A stretch of 64,000 nt of DNA from an uncultured Bacteroidota bacterium (GTDB lineage: Bacteria; Bacteroidota; Ignavibacteria; UBA10030; UBA8401), in assembly GCA_963827085.1 (NCBI GenBank), contig CAWGZY010000002.1, positions 261,889 through 325,888 of the forward strand, in the 5' to 3' direction. A program made the translations under genes and the position numbers. Shown piece after piece: positions 31,372 through 41,246 of the stretch (the first letter of the stretch is position 1; the number at the start of each line of letters is the position of its first letter). The notes under the pieces were generated by a model. The model searched no databases, was not told the origin of the DNA, and saw only the letters and a list, made by a program, of their open reading frames with translations.

Positions 31372-32681
31372 ATGAGTAAGAAACATTCAGCGAGGACAAG
31401 CATCGGAATTGTCGGCACCGGCATCGCGGGGATGGGTTGCGCATACTTTTTGCATACGACCCACGACATCACAATCTACGAGCAAAATAATTACATCGGG
31501 GGGCACACAAATACGGTGACGGTGGACGAGGACGGCACGGAGATACCTATCGATACCGGCTTCATGGTCTACAATGAGGTTACCTATCCGAACCTTGTAA
31601 GACTGTTTCATGAGTTGAATGTTGAAACAAAGAACACTTCCATGTCGTTCAGCGTTCAGCATCTGCCATCGGGTCTTGAGTATTCCGGATCAAGTCTGAA
31701 CCATTTATTCGCGCAACGCAAGAATATCCTCAGTCCGCGTTTTATCCGGATGATATGGCAGATCAACCGTTTCAATAACGAGTGTCCTGAAGTTCTGGCA
31801 GATAAGAAATTCGCATCCTATACACTGAAGAGTATGTGCGGGAACGAAGATTCGGCGACGATGTTTTGAAAAAATACCTTGTACCCATGAGCTCTGCGGT
31901 CTGGTCAACACCTCCGGACCAGATGCTCCGGTTTCCGGCTGTCACGCTCGTGCGGTTCTTTAAGAATCACGGGTTTCTTGGCCTGGACACGCAACACCAA
32001 TGGCGCACCGTTGTTAACGGCACAAGAAGTTACCGGGATAAGCTCATCGCTCCGTTTGCAAAAAGAATCCTTACCGGCAACCCGGTCGTGAATGTCATGC
32101 GCAAGAAAAGGAAGGTCGAACTGCGGCTCAAAGATGGCGGGAGAGCGCTGCACGATCGCGTAATCCTTGCTTGCCATGCGGACGAGGCTCTGAACATGCT
32201 GGACAAGCCCACGACGCTCGAAAAGCGATTGCTCGGAGAATTCAAATACCAGCACAACAGGGCCACACTTCACACTGATGCGAGTCTTATGCCGAAGACA
32301 AAGCTCGCGTGGTCATCATGGAATTACCGCCTCGACACCAATGCCGACGGAACCTCAAAATCTTCCACGATCTACTACATGAACAGTCTTCAGAACGTGT
32401 CGAAAAAGAGGGATTATTTTATTTCCATCGATGATCCCGGGACTGTTAATCCCGGTTCGATATTAAAAGAAATTGATTACACGCATCCGGTCTTTTCCCT
32501 GGGAGCGATCACGGCGCAGAGAGAGCTGTCCCTTATCAATAAGGAAGGTCCGTTATATTTCTGCGGCAGTTATTTCAAATATGGGTTTCATGAAGATGCG
32601 TTCACTTCAGCCCTCGAACTTTGCAGGTCATTGATGGACGTGCCGATTTGGCCACCCCGGGAGGAGTTGCGTCAGCCATGA
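31372..32681 (+). CDS. NAD/FAD-binding amine-oxidase-like oxidoreductase (fatty-acid desaturase-like, UfaD-type), interrupted by a 1-nt frameshift near 31840
   Basis: IGIVGTGIAGMGCAYFL (dinucleotide-binding fold) ...; second frame ERRFGDDVLKKYLVPMSSAVWSTP... One G is missing in cggg(g)aacg. ATGA overlap with the next gene. Confidence 0.75.
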
Positions 32682-33451
32682 ATTCACGCATGTTCGACTG
32701 CACTGTGATGCATCACCGTCTTGAACCTCTCAGGCACAGATTTGTGTACAAAGTTTTTATGTTCTATCTCGATCTCGATGAGTTGGACGCCATCGATGCC
32801 GGCCTTACGTTCTTCAGCAGGAATCGGTTTAATCTCTTTACCCTCCGCGACCGGGACCATTTGACCTTTCATAAGTCGTCCATCAAGGAGAATATCAGGG
32901 AATACTTGAAATCCGCGGGGATCGATATCGGCAGCGGCAAGATCTATCTACTGACCAATCTCCGCACGGCGGGATACGTTTTCAATCCCGTATCGTTCTA
33001 CTTTTGCTTCGATGAAAAGGGCGATCCTGTGTGTGCCATTCCCGAAGTTGGAAACACATTCAGCGAGCTAAAACCATATCTGCTCACCCGCGATAGCTTT
33101 CGGAAGGGTACGTTCCGGGAGCGGATAGTGAAATACTTTTACGTGTCGCCATTTTTTGATCTCGACACAACATTCGATTTTCAGCTCCGGGTACCCGGCG
33201 AGACACTCCGTATCCAGATCGATGATTACAAGGAAGGGAGAAAAGCATTTCTCAGCTCTCTTGTCGGAAGAGAAAAGCCCCTGACCGATTTCAATCTTCT
33301 CCGTTCCTTTTTCCGCATTCCCTTTGTTACGCTGAAGGTGATTGCGCTCATCCACATTCAAGCAGGATTGCTCTATCTGAAGAAGCTCCCTTATCACAAA
33401 AAATCTGAAAACCCGGACCTACAAAAGGAAGTTTACATATGGAACAAGTGA
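32678..33451 (+). CDS. DUF1365-family protein
   Basis: MNSRMFDCTVMHHRLEPLRHRFVYKVFMFYLDLDEL... is typical of DUF1365, always found beside CFA-synthase-like genes. Confidence 0.75.
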   Translation: MNSRMFDCTVMHHRLEPLRHRFVYKVFMFYLDLDELDAIDAGLTFFSRNRFNLFTLRDRDHLTFHKSSIKENIREYLKSAGIDIGSGKIYLLTNLRTAGYVFNPVSFYFCFDEKGDPVCAIPEVGNTFSELKPYLLTRDSFRKGTFRERIVKYFYVSPFFDLDTTFDFQLRVPGETLRIQIDDYKEGRKAFLSSLVGREKPLTDFNLLRSFFRIPFVTLKVIALIHIQAGLLYLKKLPYHKKSENPDLQKEVYIWNK

Positions 33452-34701
33452 CACGACAGCCAATGGCGCTCCCCCGCTTGCTCGGCAGGCTTACCTCTCT
33501 CTACCAACGGATTGTTTTGGGCCTTCTGTCAGAAATGACGCAGGGCTTCATGAGGATTGTGCTGCCGGACGGCAAGGTTTTCGAGTTTGGCGACAAGAAT
33601 TCTCCGGACAAAGCAACGATCCGCATCATTTGCGAATCCTTTTTCCGGAAGTGTGTTCTCTACGGCGATGTCGGATTCGGAGAAGCATATGTGGACGGAG
33701 ACTGGGACACTGACAGCGTCGCAGCCGTTATCAAGTGGTTTTTGCTCAATGTCGAAAATGCTCCCACCGTATCGGGTTCCAGGAAAAAATTCATTCCGGG
33801 GAATTTCCTCAAGGTGCTTAACAGGATCTATCACAAACTCCGGGCAAACAGCATCCGGGGAAGCCAGAAGAACATTGCCGAGCACTACAACCTGAGCAAC
33901 GATTTCTTCAAACTATTTCTGGATAAAACGATGACGTACTCCAGCGCGTTCTTTTCGAGAGGTGACGAGACGCTGGAAAGTGCCCAGGAAGAAAAATATG
34001 ACCGGCTTTGCCGCAAATTAAGGCTTCAGCCTTCCGACCGTCTCCTCGAGATTGGCAGCGGATGGGGTGCTTTCGCACTCTATGCAGCCAGGAATTATGG
34101 CTGCAGAATTACGACAACGACAATTTCGGAAGAGCAGTACACGTATGCTAAGGAGCTGTTTCAGCGCGAGCATCTCGACAAGCGGATCGAAATCAAGCTT
34201 GCTGATTATCGGACGCTCAATGGATCTTACGACAAGATCGTCTCTATCGAGATGCTCGAAGCAGTGGGACACGAGTACCTCGAAACGTATTTTGCGAAAT
34301 GCCACGAGCTTCTGAAGAAGAACGGTATTCTTGCGTTTCAGGTCATTACCTGCGCTGATTCACGATACGAGTCGTTGCGAAAGAGCATCGATTGGATTCA
34401 AAAACACATTTTCCCCGGCTCTCTGCTTCCGTCGATCGGTGTTCTGAACAAGGCCATCAACAGAACTGGGGACCTGGTGATGCAGCATATGGAGGAGTTC
34501 GGCCTTAGCTACGCACGAACACTGGCACAATGGAGAGAAAATTTCAATAGCCGGGTCGGTCAGGTTCGCCTGCTGGGGTTTGATGAGAGATTCATTCGTA
34601 CGTGGAACTATTATCTCTCCTATTGCGAAAGTGCGTTTGCGATGCGCAACATCAGCGTTGTGCAGATGGTCTATACAAGACCAAATAACCTTTCGCTCTA
34701 A
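33439..34701 (+). CDS. Cyclopropane-fatty-acyl-phospholipid synthase family methyltransferase (intact, 420 aa)
   Basis: LEIGSGWGAFALYAA...DYRTLNGSYDKIVSIEMLEAVGHEY. Confidence 0.85.
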   Translation: MEQVTRQPMALPRLLGRLTSLYQRIVLGLLSEMTQGFMRIVLPDGKVFEFGDKNSPDKATIRIICESFFRKCVLYGDVGFGEAYVDGDWDTDSVAAVIKWFLLNVENAPTVSGSRKKFIPGNFLKVLNRIYHKLRANSIRGSQKNIAEHYNLSNDFFKLFLDKTMTYSSAFFSRGDETLESAQEEKYDRLCRKLRLQPSDRLLEIGSGWGAFALYAARNYGCRITTTTISEEQYTYAKELFQREHLDKRIEIKLADYRTLNGSYDKIVSIEMLEAVGHEYLETYFAKCHELLKKNGILAFQVITCADSRYESLRKSIDWIQKHIFPGSLLPSIGVLNKAINRTGDLVMQHMEEFGLSYARTLAQWRENFNSRVGQVRLLGFDERFIRTWNYYLSYCESAFAMRNISVVQMVYTRPNNLSL

Positions 34702-34736
34702 GACTGATCACCTACAACTTAGAACACCATCATACA

Positions 34737-35360
34737 ATGAAATATTTTGTCTCTTCATTATTTACGTTACTTTTTGCAGGAGCAACATGCATGGCCACCA
34801 AAGAACCAGCATACAAGGTGATCAAGGCGGATGGAGATTTCGAAATCCGGGAATACGTATCGTACTGTGTCGCAGAAACCTTTACAGACACCTCCGACTT
34901 CGATGAAGCATCGAACCAAGCATTCAGAAAGCTGTTCCGGTATATCTCGGGAGACAACCGTTCAAAGACAGAAATTGAGATGACGGCCCCCGTAACGACA
35001 TCGAAGTCTGAGAAGATAGAAATGACAGCGCCGGTGACATCGACAAAAACGGCCGGCGGGTATCTAACTGCCTTTGTTATGCCGGCGCAATTATCCCTCG
35101 GTACGACGCCTATACCCAATGATTCATCCATACAGATCCGAGAAATTCCTTCGCGCAGAGTTGCAGTAATAAAGTTTTCAGGCCGTTGGACTTCTTCGTC
35201 GATGGACGAACATGGAGGGCGACTGATGGAGTGGATCTCAAAAAACGGACTCGTCCCGACGGGTGAACCTGTTATTGCCCGATATGATCCTCCGTTTATG
35301 CCATGGTTTCTACGGAGAAATGAGATACAGATTCAGATAAGACCGTCGCAAGAACCGTAG
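34737..35360 (+). CDS. SOUL/HBP heme-binding family protein with a signal peptide. Contains the tandem peptide repeat EIEMTAPVT(T/S).
   Basis: Signal MKYFVSSLFTLLFAGATC, then ...YxVIK..DFEIREY... and a C-terminal RYDPPFMPWFLRRNEIQIQI. Confidence 0.65.
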   Translation: MKYFVSSLFTLLFAGATCMATKEPAYKVIKADGDFEIREYVSYCVAETFTDTSDFDEASNQAFRKLFRYISGDNRSKTEIEMTAPVTTSKSEKIEMTAPVTSTKTAGGYLTAFVMPAQLSLGTTPIPNDSSIQIREIPSRRVAVIKFSGRWTSSSMDEHGGRLMEWISKNGLVPTGEPVIARYDPPFMPWFLRRNEIQIQIRPSQEP

Positions 35361-35446
35361 TTGTTACCCGGAAACGATCTCATGGCGGCGCTCGTTGAGC
35401 AACGAGCCGTATTGCATTCAACTTACACTTAACCACACGGTGACTT

Positions 35447-35845
35447 ATGTTCATAAAACTCTATCTCATCACGCTCCCTGTGTTTTTTGCAATTGATATG
35501 ATTTGGCTTGGGGTTGTCGCCAAGAACTTCTATCGCGAACAAATTGGCTTCTTGATGACACCGGATATTAACTGGCCCGCAGCCATCATCTTCTATCTGC
35601 TTTTCATTGCCGGATTAATTCTCTTTGTTATTTCTCCGGCCGTGGAAAAACGGATGTGGCTTGATGCGCTGCTGATGGGTGCGCTGTTTGGTCTCATAAC
35701 ATACGCCACTTACGACCTCACAAACCTCGCAACAGTGAAGAACTGGCCGGTACTGGTCACAATAGTGGATTTAGCGTGGGGAGCAACATTGTCAGCGTCG
35801 GTCTCACTGATAAGCTATCTCATCGTCACAAAATTTGTATTATGA
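35447..35845 (+). CDS. DUF2177-family small membrane protein
   Basis: Four TM segments, 132 aa, ATGA overlap with the next gene. Confidence 0.55.
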   Translation: MFIKLYLITLPVFFAIDMIWLGVVAKNFYREQIGFLMTPDINWPAAIIFYLLFIAGLILFVISPAVEKRMWLDALLMGALFGLITYATYDLTNLATVKNWPVLVTIVDLAWGATLSASVSLISYLIVTKFVL

Positions 35846-36606
35846 ACTACTACCTTATCCTAGCTTCAGCGCTCTTTTCGTACATGACATTGTGCTTCAT
35901 TGTTTCTCTCATAAAAAAAAGAAATGATGTCGCCGACATCGCATGGGGGCTTGGCTTTGTTCTGCTTGCTTGGCTGGCTGAGTATTTTTCCAGATTTGCG
36001 GTTCGATCGTTGCTTGCCAATCTGCTGGTTACTCTTTGGGGATGCCGGCTGGCGTGGCATATATACCGTCGCAATCGGAATAAGGCTGAAGATTATCGTT
36101 ATCAGGCATGGCGAAAGGAATGGAAAAACTTTGCGCTTCGAAGCTTTCTCCAAGTCTATATGTTGCAGGGCATTCTCCTGTACGTCACCGCCCTTCCTGT
36201 GCTTTTCATCAATCACGCTCCGGCATCGCCGTTGGGATGGACGGATCTTGTCGGAATGGTGATTTGGTTGATCGGCTTTTCTTTTGAAAGCATCGGCGAC
36301 CGTCAACTGCGAGAATTCATCCGGCATCCGGCTAACAAAGGAAGAATCATGGATAAAGGCCTTTGGCGGTACAGCCGTCATCCCAACTATTTTGGTGAGG
36401 TCACTCAATGGTGGGGAATATTCATCGTTGCCCGATCACTGCCCGAGAGCTGGTGGACTGTCATTGGCCCGCTGACCATAACCGTCCTCATACTTTTTGT
36501 TTCTGGGGTCCCGCTTCTCGAGAAAAAGTACGTGGGGAGAGATGATTTTGAGGAGTATAAGAACCGTACGAGTATCTTCTTTCCACTGCCGCCAAAAGCG
36601 TCATGA
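35842..36606 (+). CDS. DUF1295-family membrane protein (steroid-5alpha-reductase / ICMT-like fold)
   Basis: ...[14 protein letters not shown]... motif, multi-TM. Confidence 0.7.
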   Translation: MNYYLILASALFSYMTLCFIVSLIKKRNDVADIAWGLGFVLLAWLAEYFSRFAVRSLLANLLVTLWGCRLAWHIYRRNRNKAEDYRYQAWRKEWKNFALRSFLQVYMLQGILLYVTALPVLFINHAPASPLGWTDLVGMVIWLIGFSFESIGDRQLREFIRHPANKGRIMDKGLWRYSRHPNYFGEVTQWWGIFIVARSLPESWWTVIGPLTITVLILFVSGVPLLEKKYVGRDDFEEYKNRTSIFFPLPPKAS

Positions 36607-36857
36607 AACCGCTTGAGGACCACGTCTTTTATTAATGGTTCAAAATCGTCTACATAGAGATTCTAGGATTTTTTCGAGTCAGAGTTAATAAGGAGTTCTT
36701 CAAAACAAATTAGCTTCGCTCACTTGATGTTTCCATCTTTAATTACTACGTTTTCCCGTGTTAGTTTTTGGAACGGAATTGCTAACAGACTGCTAACACG
36801 GTTCCCGAAAATCACCACGATTTTTGGCGAATCCAGACGAAATTCGATACCGAACCA

Positions 36858-36992
36858 GCTTTTCAAGCTTCTAACACGAGTTTGAATCTCGTTGGGGACA
36901 CACGATAACCACTTAGTTCGAGAGTTCTAAGTGGTTTTGTTTTTCTATCCCACGCCACATTTTGTATAAAATTGGGGACAATTTATACAAAA
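36858..36992 (+). repeat. Diverged duplicate (~87% identity) of the 3' half of tRNA-Glu plus its terminator and downstream ttgtataaa..tttatacaa palindrome. The original is at 28426-28562.
   Basis: agcttttcaagcttctaacacgagtttgaatctcgttggggacac ... ccacttagttcgagagttctaagtgg + ttttgttttt. The stem carries a compensatory a->g / t->c pair. Confidence 0.75.
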
Positions 36993-37199
36993 ATTATACT
37001 CCTCGTTATACACTCTCCTCAATGAACTTTTCTCAGCAACATATTCACTTACTGTAGGGGTGAATTGTATTTTGCCGGGAGGAGCGTTGAATGTAAAGGC
37101 AATAATGACTACTTTTGATTTACGATCAAAAACTGCAGTGCACTTGCATGAAAGACCTCACCTTTACACCTATTTATCAACCCGTCGGAGAATATTGAT

Positions 37200-38045
37200 A
37201 TGAATCTTCAGAACAAGACCGCCGTTGTCACCGGCGGAGCAATGGGAATCGGACTGGCGACTGCCCGCCGTCTTGTGGCAGAGGGATGCATTGTGACGCT
37301 CTGGGATCTAAACGAAAAAGCGCTTAACGAAGCGCAGAACGAACTCGCTTCCCAAGGGACCGCGTATGCCCATCGGTGCGATGTCACCGATAAGAACCTC
37401 GTCTATCAGCTCGCGAAGAAAGCCGAAGAGGAAATGGGAAGGGTCGACATCCTTATCAACAATGCCGGGTACGTCTCCGGCGGGGATCTCCTCGACCGCC
37501 CGGATGATGAATGGGAGCGTACGATCGACGTGAACCTGACCGCTCTCATCTATACGACGCGTGCGTTTCTGCCGGGAATGTACAAACGAGACTGCGGTCA
37601 TGTCGTCAACATCTCTTCTGCCGCCGGCACCATCGGGGTACCCGGACTTGCCGTCTACGCTGCGACAAAATGGGGCGTATGGGGATTGACCGAGTCGCTC
37701 CGGATGGAGGCCTACAACAACAAGAAATACGGAGTGAAGTTTTCGACAATCCATCCGAGCTACATCGCGAGGGGAATGTTCGAAGGGGCGCGGCTCGGTT
37801 TTCCGGGGCGGCTGATTGTTCCGTTGGTGAAAAGCCACGACGTGATTGCCGGTGCGATTGTCGACTCTGCTTTGAAGAAAGGGCGTTATTCCCCCAAGCG
37901 GCCGAGGACAGTCAACATGAACATCCGATTTCGTGCGCTCATGCCGGACAGCTGGTTTCAGCACTTCCTCATACTGATGGGCGTCGGCGGAAGCATGAAG
38001 TCGTGGTATGGACGAACCAAAGAAGAAACCGCGGTGAAGCCATGA
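37200..38045 (+). CDS. Short-chain dehydrogenase/reductase (SDR)
   Basis: TAVVTGGAMGIGLA...NNAG...YAATK. Confidence 0.85.
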   Translation: MNLQNKTAVVTGGAMGIGLATARRLVAEGCIVTLWDLNEKALNEAQNELASQGTAYAHRCDVTDKNLVYQLAKKAEEEMGRVDILINNAGYVSGGDLLDRPDDEWERTIDVNLTALIYTTRAFLPGMYKRDCGHVVNISSAAGTIGVPGLAVYAATKWGVWGLTESLRMEAYNNKKYGVKFSTIHPSYIARGMFEGARLGFPGRLIVPLVKSHDVIAGAIVDSALKKGRYSPKRPRTVNMNIRFRALMPDSWFQHFLILMGVGGSMKSWYGRTKEETAVKP

Positions 38046-39625
38046 CGACAACATCGACATCGATCAGGGAAAGTGTTCCGTCCGTGAATCCCGCGACAGG
38101 GGAAACCATCGGGATGACGGAAGTGAATACCGTTGCCGATCTCAACGATGCAGTCGCTGGGGCCCGGAAGGTCCAGCCTGCCTGGGAGGCGGCCGGTTAT
38201 AGAGAACGTCGACGGCATCTCCTCCTCGTTCGCGACTATATCGTGACGAACGCGGAATTGCTCGCAGACATTATCTCCCGCGACACCGGAAAGACGAAAA
38301 TCGATGCGCTCAGTACCGAAGTGATGTCGGCAGCGATGGCGGTCAGCTACTATGCCGCGCACGCAGAAAAGATACTAAGGCGTAAGCGACTGAGCGGCGG
38401 GAGCCTTCTCACCTTCAACAAGCGCTCGTACGTCGACCGGGTGCCAATGGGTGTCGTGGGCATTATCAGTCCGTGGAATTATCCGTTCGCGATTCCAATC
38501 CACGAAGTTGCGATGGCGCTCATTACAGGAAACGCGGTCATTCTGAAGGTTGCCTCTCAGACACTCCTAGTCGGAAAGGCAATCCAGGATGCCGTGGCGG
38601 CGGGGAATTTTCCCCCCGGCATTTTCACGCTCATAAATTTGCCCGGGACGGTCGCGGGGAAAGGATTCCTCGAGTCGGACATCAACAAACTTTTCTTCAC
38701 CGGCTCCGTTGCCGTCGGCAAGCAGCTGATGGCGAAAGCGGCCGAGCGGCTGATTCCCGTCTCGCTCGAGCTTGGCGGAAACGATGCAATGATCGTCTGC
38801 CGGGATGCGAACGTGCACCGCGCTGTGAACGGAGCGCTTTGGGCAGGAATATCGAACGCCGGACAATCGTGCGCCGCAGTGGAGAGAATTTATGTCGAAG
38901 ATCCTCTCTATGAAGCGTTCGTCGCTCTTCTCAAGGAAAAGATGCATGGGCTGAAACAAGGACCGGATCAGAACTGTGACTTCGATGTGGGGGCGATGAC
39001 AACGAAAGAACAGATGAAGAAAGTGCAGGATCAGCTCCGCGACGCCAGATCGAAGGGGGGAAAAATATTTGAGAACCCTCCCTCCAACGGTGCGAATCTT
39101 ACGGGCATGTTCATCTCGCCGACAATAGTCGAAGACGCCACCGACGACATGATGCTGATGAAAGAGGAAATCTTCGGTCCGGTCCTTGGTGTCGCCAGGG
39201 TGAAGGACGTGGATGAAGCAGTACCAAAGGCAAATGCCTCAAGACTGGGGCTGACGGCTTCTGTCTGGTCCCGCAACAAGAAAAAGGCCCGCAGCATCGC
39301 CGCCCGGCTCGAAGTAGGATCGGTGATGATCAACGACCACCTCATGAGCCACGGACTTGCCGAGACACCGTGGGGCGGCTTCAAGGAATCCGGGATCGGC
39401 CGCACGCACGGTTATCTCGGACTGGAAGAGATGACGCAGCCCCGTGTCGTCATCGATGACATCCTGCCGGGCATGCAGAAAAATATGTGGTGGTATCCGC
39501 ACAACAGAAGGGTCTTCGATGGACTCCTTGGCGGACTACACGTCCTCTATTCAAAGAGTCTGACGAAGCGTCTGGCCGGCGTCTTTAAGCTTGTTCCGGT
39601 CTTCTTACGGAGTTTTCAAAAATAG
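38042..39625 (+). CDS. Aldehyde dehydrogenase family protein (ATG at 38042, ATGA-coupled to the SDR). The 704-aa track ORF beginning at 37511 is an artefact of an open upstream frame.
   Basis: ...ELGGNDAMIV...GQSCAAVERIYV... catalytic Glu and Cys motifs. Confidence 0.9.
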   Translation: MTTTSTSIRESVPSVNPATGETIGMTEVNTVADLNDAVAGARKVQPAWEAAGYRERRRHLLLVRDYIVTNAELLADIISRDTGKTKIDALSTEVMSAAMAVSYYAAHAEKILRRKRLSGGSLLTFNKRSYVDRVPMGVVGIISPWNYPFAIPIHEVAMALITGNAVILKVASQTLLVGKAIQDAVAAGNFPPGIFTLINLPGTVAGKGFLESDINKLFFTGSVAVGKQLMAKAAERLIPVSLELGGNDAMIVCRDANVHRAVNGALWAGISNAGQSCAAVERIYVEDPLYEAFVALLKEKMHGLKQGPDQNCDFDVGAMTTKEQMKKVQDQLRDARSKGGKIFENPPSNGANLTGMFISPTIVEDATDDMMLMKEEIFGPVLGVARVKDVDEAVPKANASRLGLTASVWSRNKKKARSIAARLEVGSVMINDHLMSHGLAETPWGGFKESGIGRTHGYLGLEEMTQPRVVIDDILPGMQKNMWWYPHNRRVFDGLLGGLHVLYSKSLTKRLAGVFKLVPVFLRSFQK

Positions 39626-39647
39626 AGGGAACTTCAGCCAGCGCATA

Positions 39648-39677
39648 ATGCCCAATAATTTATTGGGCATTTTTTTA
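39648..39677 (+). terminator. Strong Rho-independent terminator after the ALDH gene
   Basis: atgcccaataat|ttattgggcat is a perfect palindrome, followed by TTTTTTT. Confidence 0.75.
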
Positions 39678-39844
39678 TAAGGGATTTTTCCTCCTCACAA
39701 TAGGATGGAAATGACTGATTGCGCATACTTTACACGCGGACTCTCCTGCCCCGCAGCTCTCCTCTCGACAAGTTGCATGATATCGGCATTACGTCTTTCA
39801 CGAATCCCGGGGACACAATATATGACAGCTGTTTAGGTCCTTGC

Positions 39845-40204
39845 TCATCCAGACGACCTCTGCGCGTCATTATTCTTAATGACCGCGTATTTCTCAAGTA
39901 CTGTGATCAAATCATGAACAGGTTTGCTGCCGCTTCCTACGATAATGCCGCTCAATAAAACACTAAGGTACGGATGTCGAACCGAAGCCGTTAGCATTTG
40001 GACAAAATTTACAGAAAATACAGAACATACGGCGATACCGAACGCTGATGCAAGAATCCAGAGCCAAATGGTGCGATGCCGTTTTATTGAAGGGTCAGTT
40101 GAATCTGGGTCCCCCAAAATTTTGAATTCGCTTAGCAATTCCACAATTCGCTCAACTGCTTGCGCTAAGACGTAAAGTAATGCCAACACCGGGCTGTTAA
40201 GCAT
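39845..40204 (-). CDS. Hypothetical small membrane protein (low-GC segment)
   Basis: 119-aa ORF with two predicted TM helices and no recognisable family. Confidence 0.35.
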   Translation of the reverse strand: MLNSPVLALLYVLAQAVERIVELLSEFKILGDPDSTDPSIKRHRTIWLWILASAFGIAVCSVFSVNFVQMLTASVRHPYLSVLLSGIIVGSGSKPVHDLITVLEKYAVIKNNDAQRSSG

Positions 40205-40319
40205 ACTACCTCCTTATGGACTTATTACATCATGTTCATGTGTTGTTGTATCTATGAGTGTTTTCGTTCTCAATGTTCGTCGAGCTAGTGCTGTTTCCGA
40301 TATTAAATCTTGTATTAGA

Positions 40320-40399
40320 ACCGCAAAGGACGCTAAGATCGCAAAGAAGTTTTTGTAGAAAAAACTACAAAAATCCTCGCGTCCTTAGCGACCTTTGCG
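40320..40399. repeat. 80-nt hairpin of family 4 (arms ccgcaaaggacgctaag / cttagcgacctttgcgg) with a nested palindromic loop tttttgtagaaaaaactacaaaaa
   Basis: Read directly. The core gcaaag..cgctaaga is shared with 3004-3058. Confidence 0.65.
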
Positions 40400-40445
40400 G
40401 TGAATTAGTAATAGGAAAACACAATATTTGTTTTGAGAAACAGCA

Positions 40446-40841
40446 TTAGTATCTGATTTCGTTCAATTCTCTTTGCGAGACTTTTCTTAAAAATTCAACC
40501 AGCTCGTTGTCTCCTATTATTTTCCCATCGTACATTCTCTTTCCATCTTCCAATAACGCTTTAATTTGAAAATTCAAATTTGATCTCTCCCTAAATTTAT
40601 ATATTGAGTTTATTACCGTAAGAACCATTGAAAGAAGCGAAGACCATATAATCAATGAGTCAAACGTATTTTGAATGTCAAGAGCGTAGTGTTGTTTGAG
40701 GAGCAACATAGATGGTATCGCCAGAACTATCATGATGCTAATAGCTCCGCACCAATTCCCGACTAGTCTGTTCATTGTGCCCCGTTTGTGTTGAAAATCT
40801 ATTTTTCTTAATAAGTCTTCATACGTTGGATTAATTTCCAT
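40446..40841 (-). CDS. Hypothetical membrane protein
   Basis: 131-aa ORF with two TM helices and low GC. Confidence 0.4.
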   Translation of the reverse strand: MEINPTYEDLLRKIDFQHKRGTMNRLVGNWCGAISIMIVLAIPSMLLLKQHYALDIQNTFDSLIIWSSLLSMVLTVINSIYKFRERSNLNFQIKALLEDGKRMYDGKIIGDNELVEFLRKVSQRELNEIRY

Positions 40842-41165
40842 AATAGCCCGTTAGCTTGATTTATTGTATCCTTGACGGCAATTCGTATTAAAACTCTTTC
40901 ACACTGATTTCTTCAATTGCCTTCACAGTGGTTTCCCCCGCCGATGATAACTGCGCGCTCAACCGACTTTTTTTCCGTCATACGTTTCATGTCATACCTT
41001 CAAACGAAGCCCCCTATTATATGTATCCTCCAAATAGGGCTGAATGAAGTTTCCTGTGCTATTTGCCGTGAACAAATTCTCCTTAAAATCGGGTGGTTTT
41101 CTGCATTCCCGTGCATTTTTCGCGAGAAGTTGATTGTCAATGATTCATGTTGCATATTCCGATAC

Positions 41166-41222
41166 AAAAAATGCCGCACGGAACGCGCTTGGTTGAGCTA
41201 TGCTCGCGTGCGGCATTTTTTA
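41166..41222. terminator. Bidirectional terminator-like hairpin (aaaaaatgccgcac ... gtgcggcatttttt)
   Basis: 14-bp arms with an A-run and a T-run on either side. Confidence 0.5.
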
Positions 41223-41246
41223 AGGACATGCGGCGACTCCCGCAGT

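Noticed and set aside
28426-36992. Active integrative element or prophage at tRNA-Glu
   Set aside because: The repeat pair is diverged (~87% identity) and no integrase, excisionase, transposase or phage gene lies between the copies. It is treated as an old scar rather than a live mobile element.
37511-39625. 704-aa ORF fusing upstream sequence to the ALDH
   Set aside because: The first 177 codons overlap the SDR gene in another frame and have no homology. The ALDH begins at the ATG at 38042, which overlaps the SDR stop.
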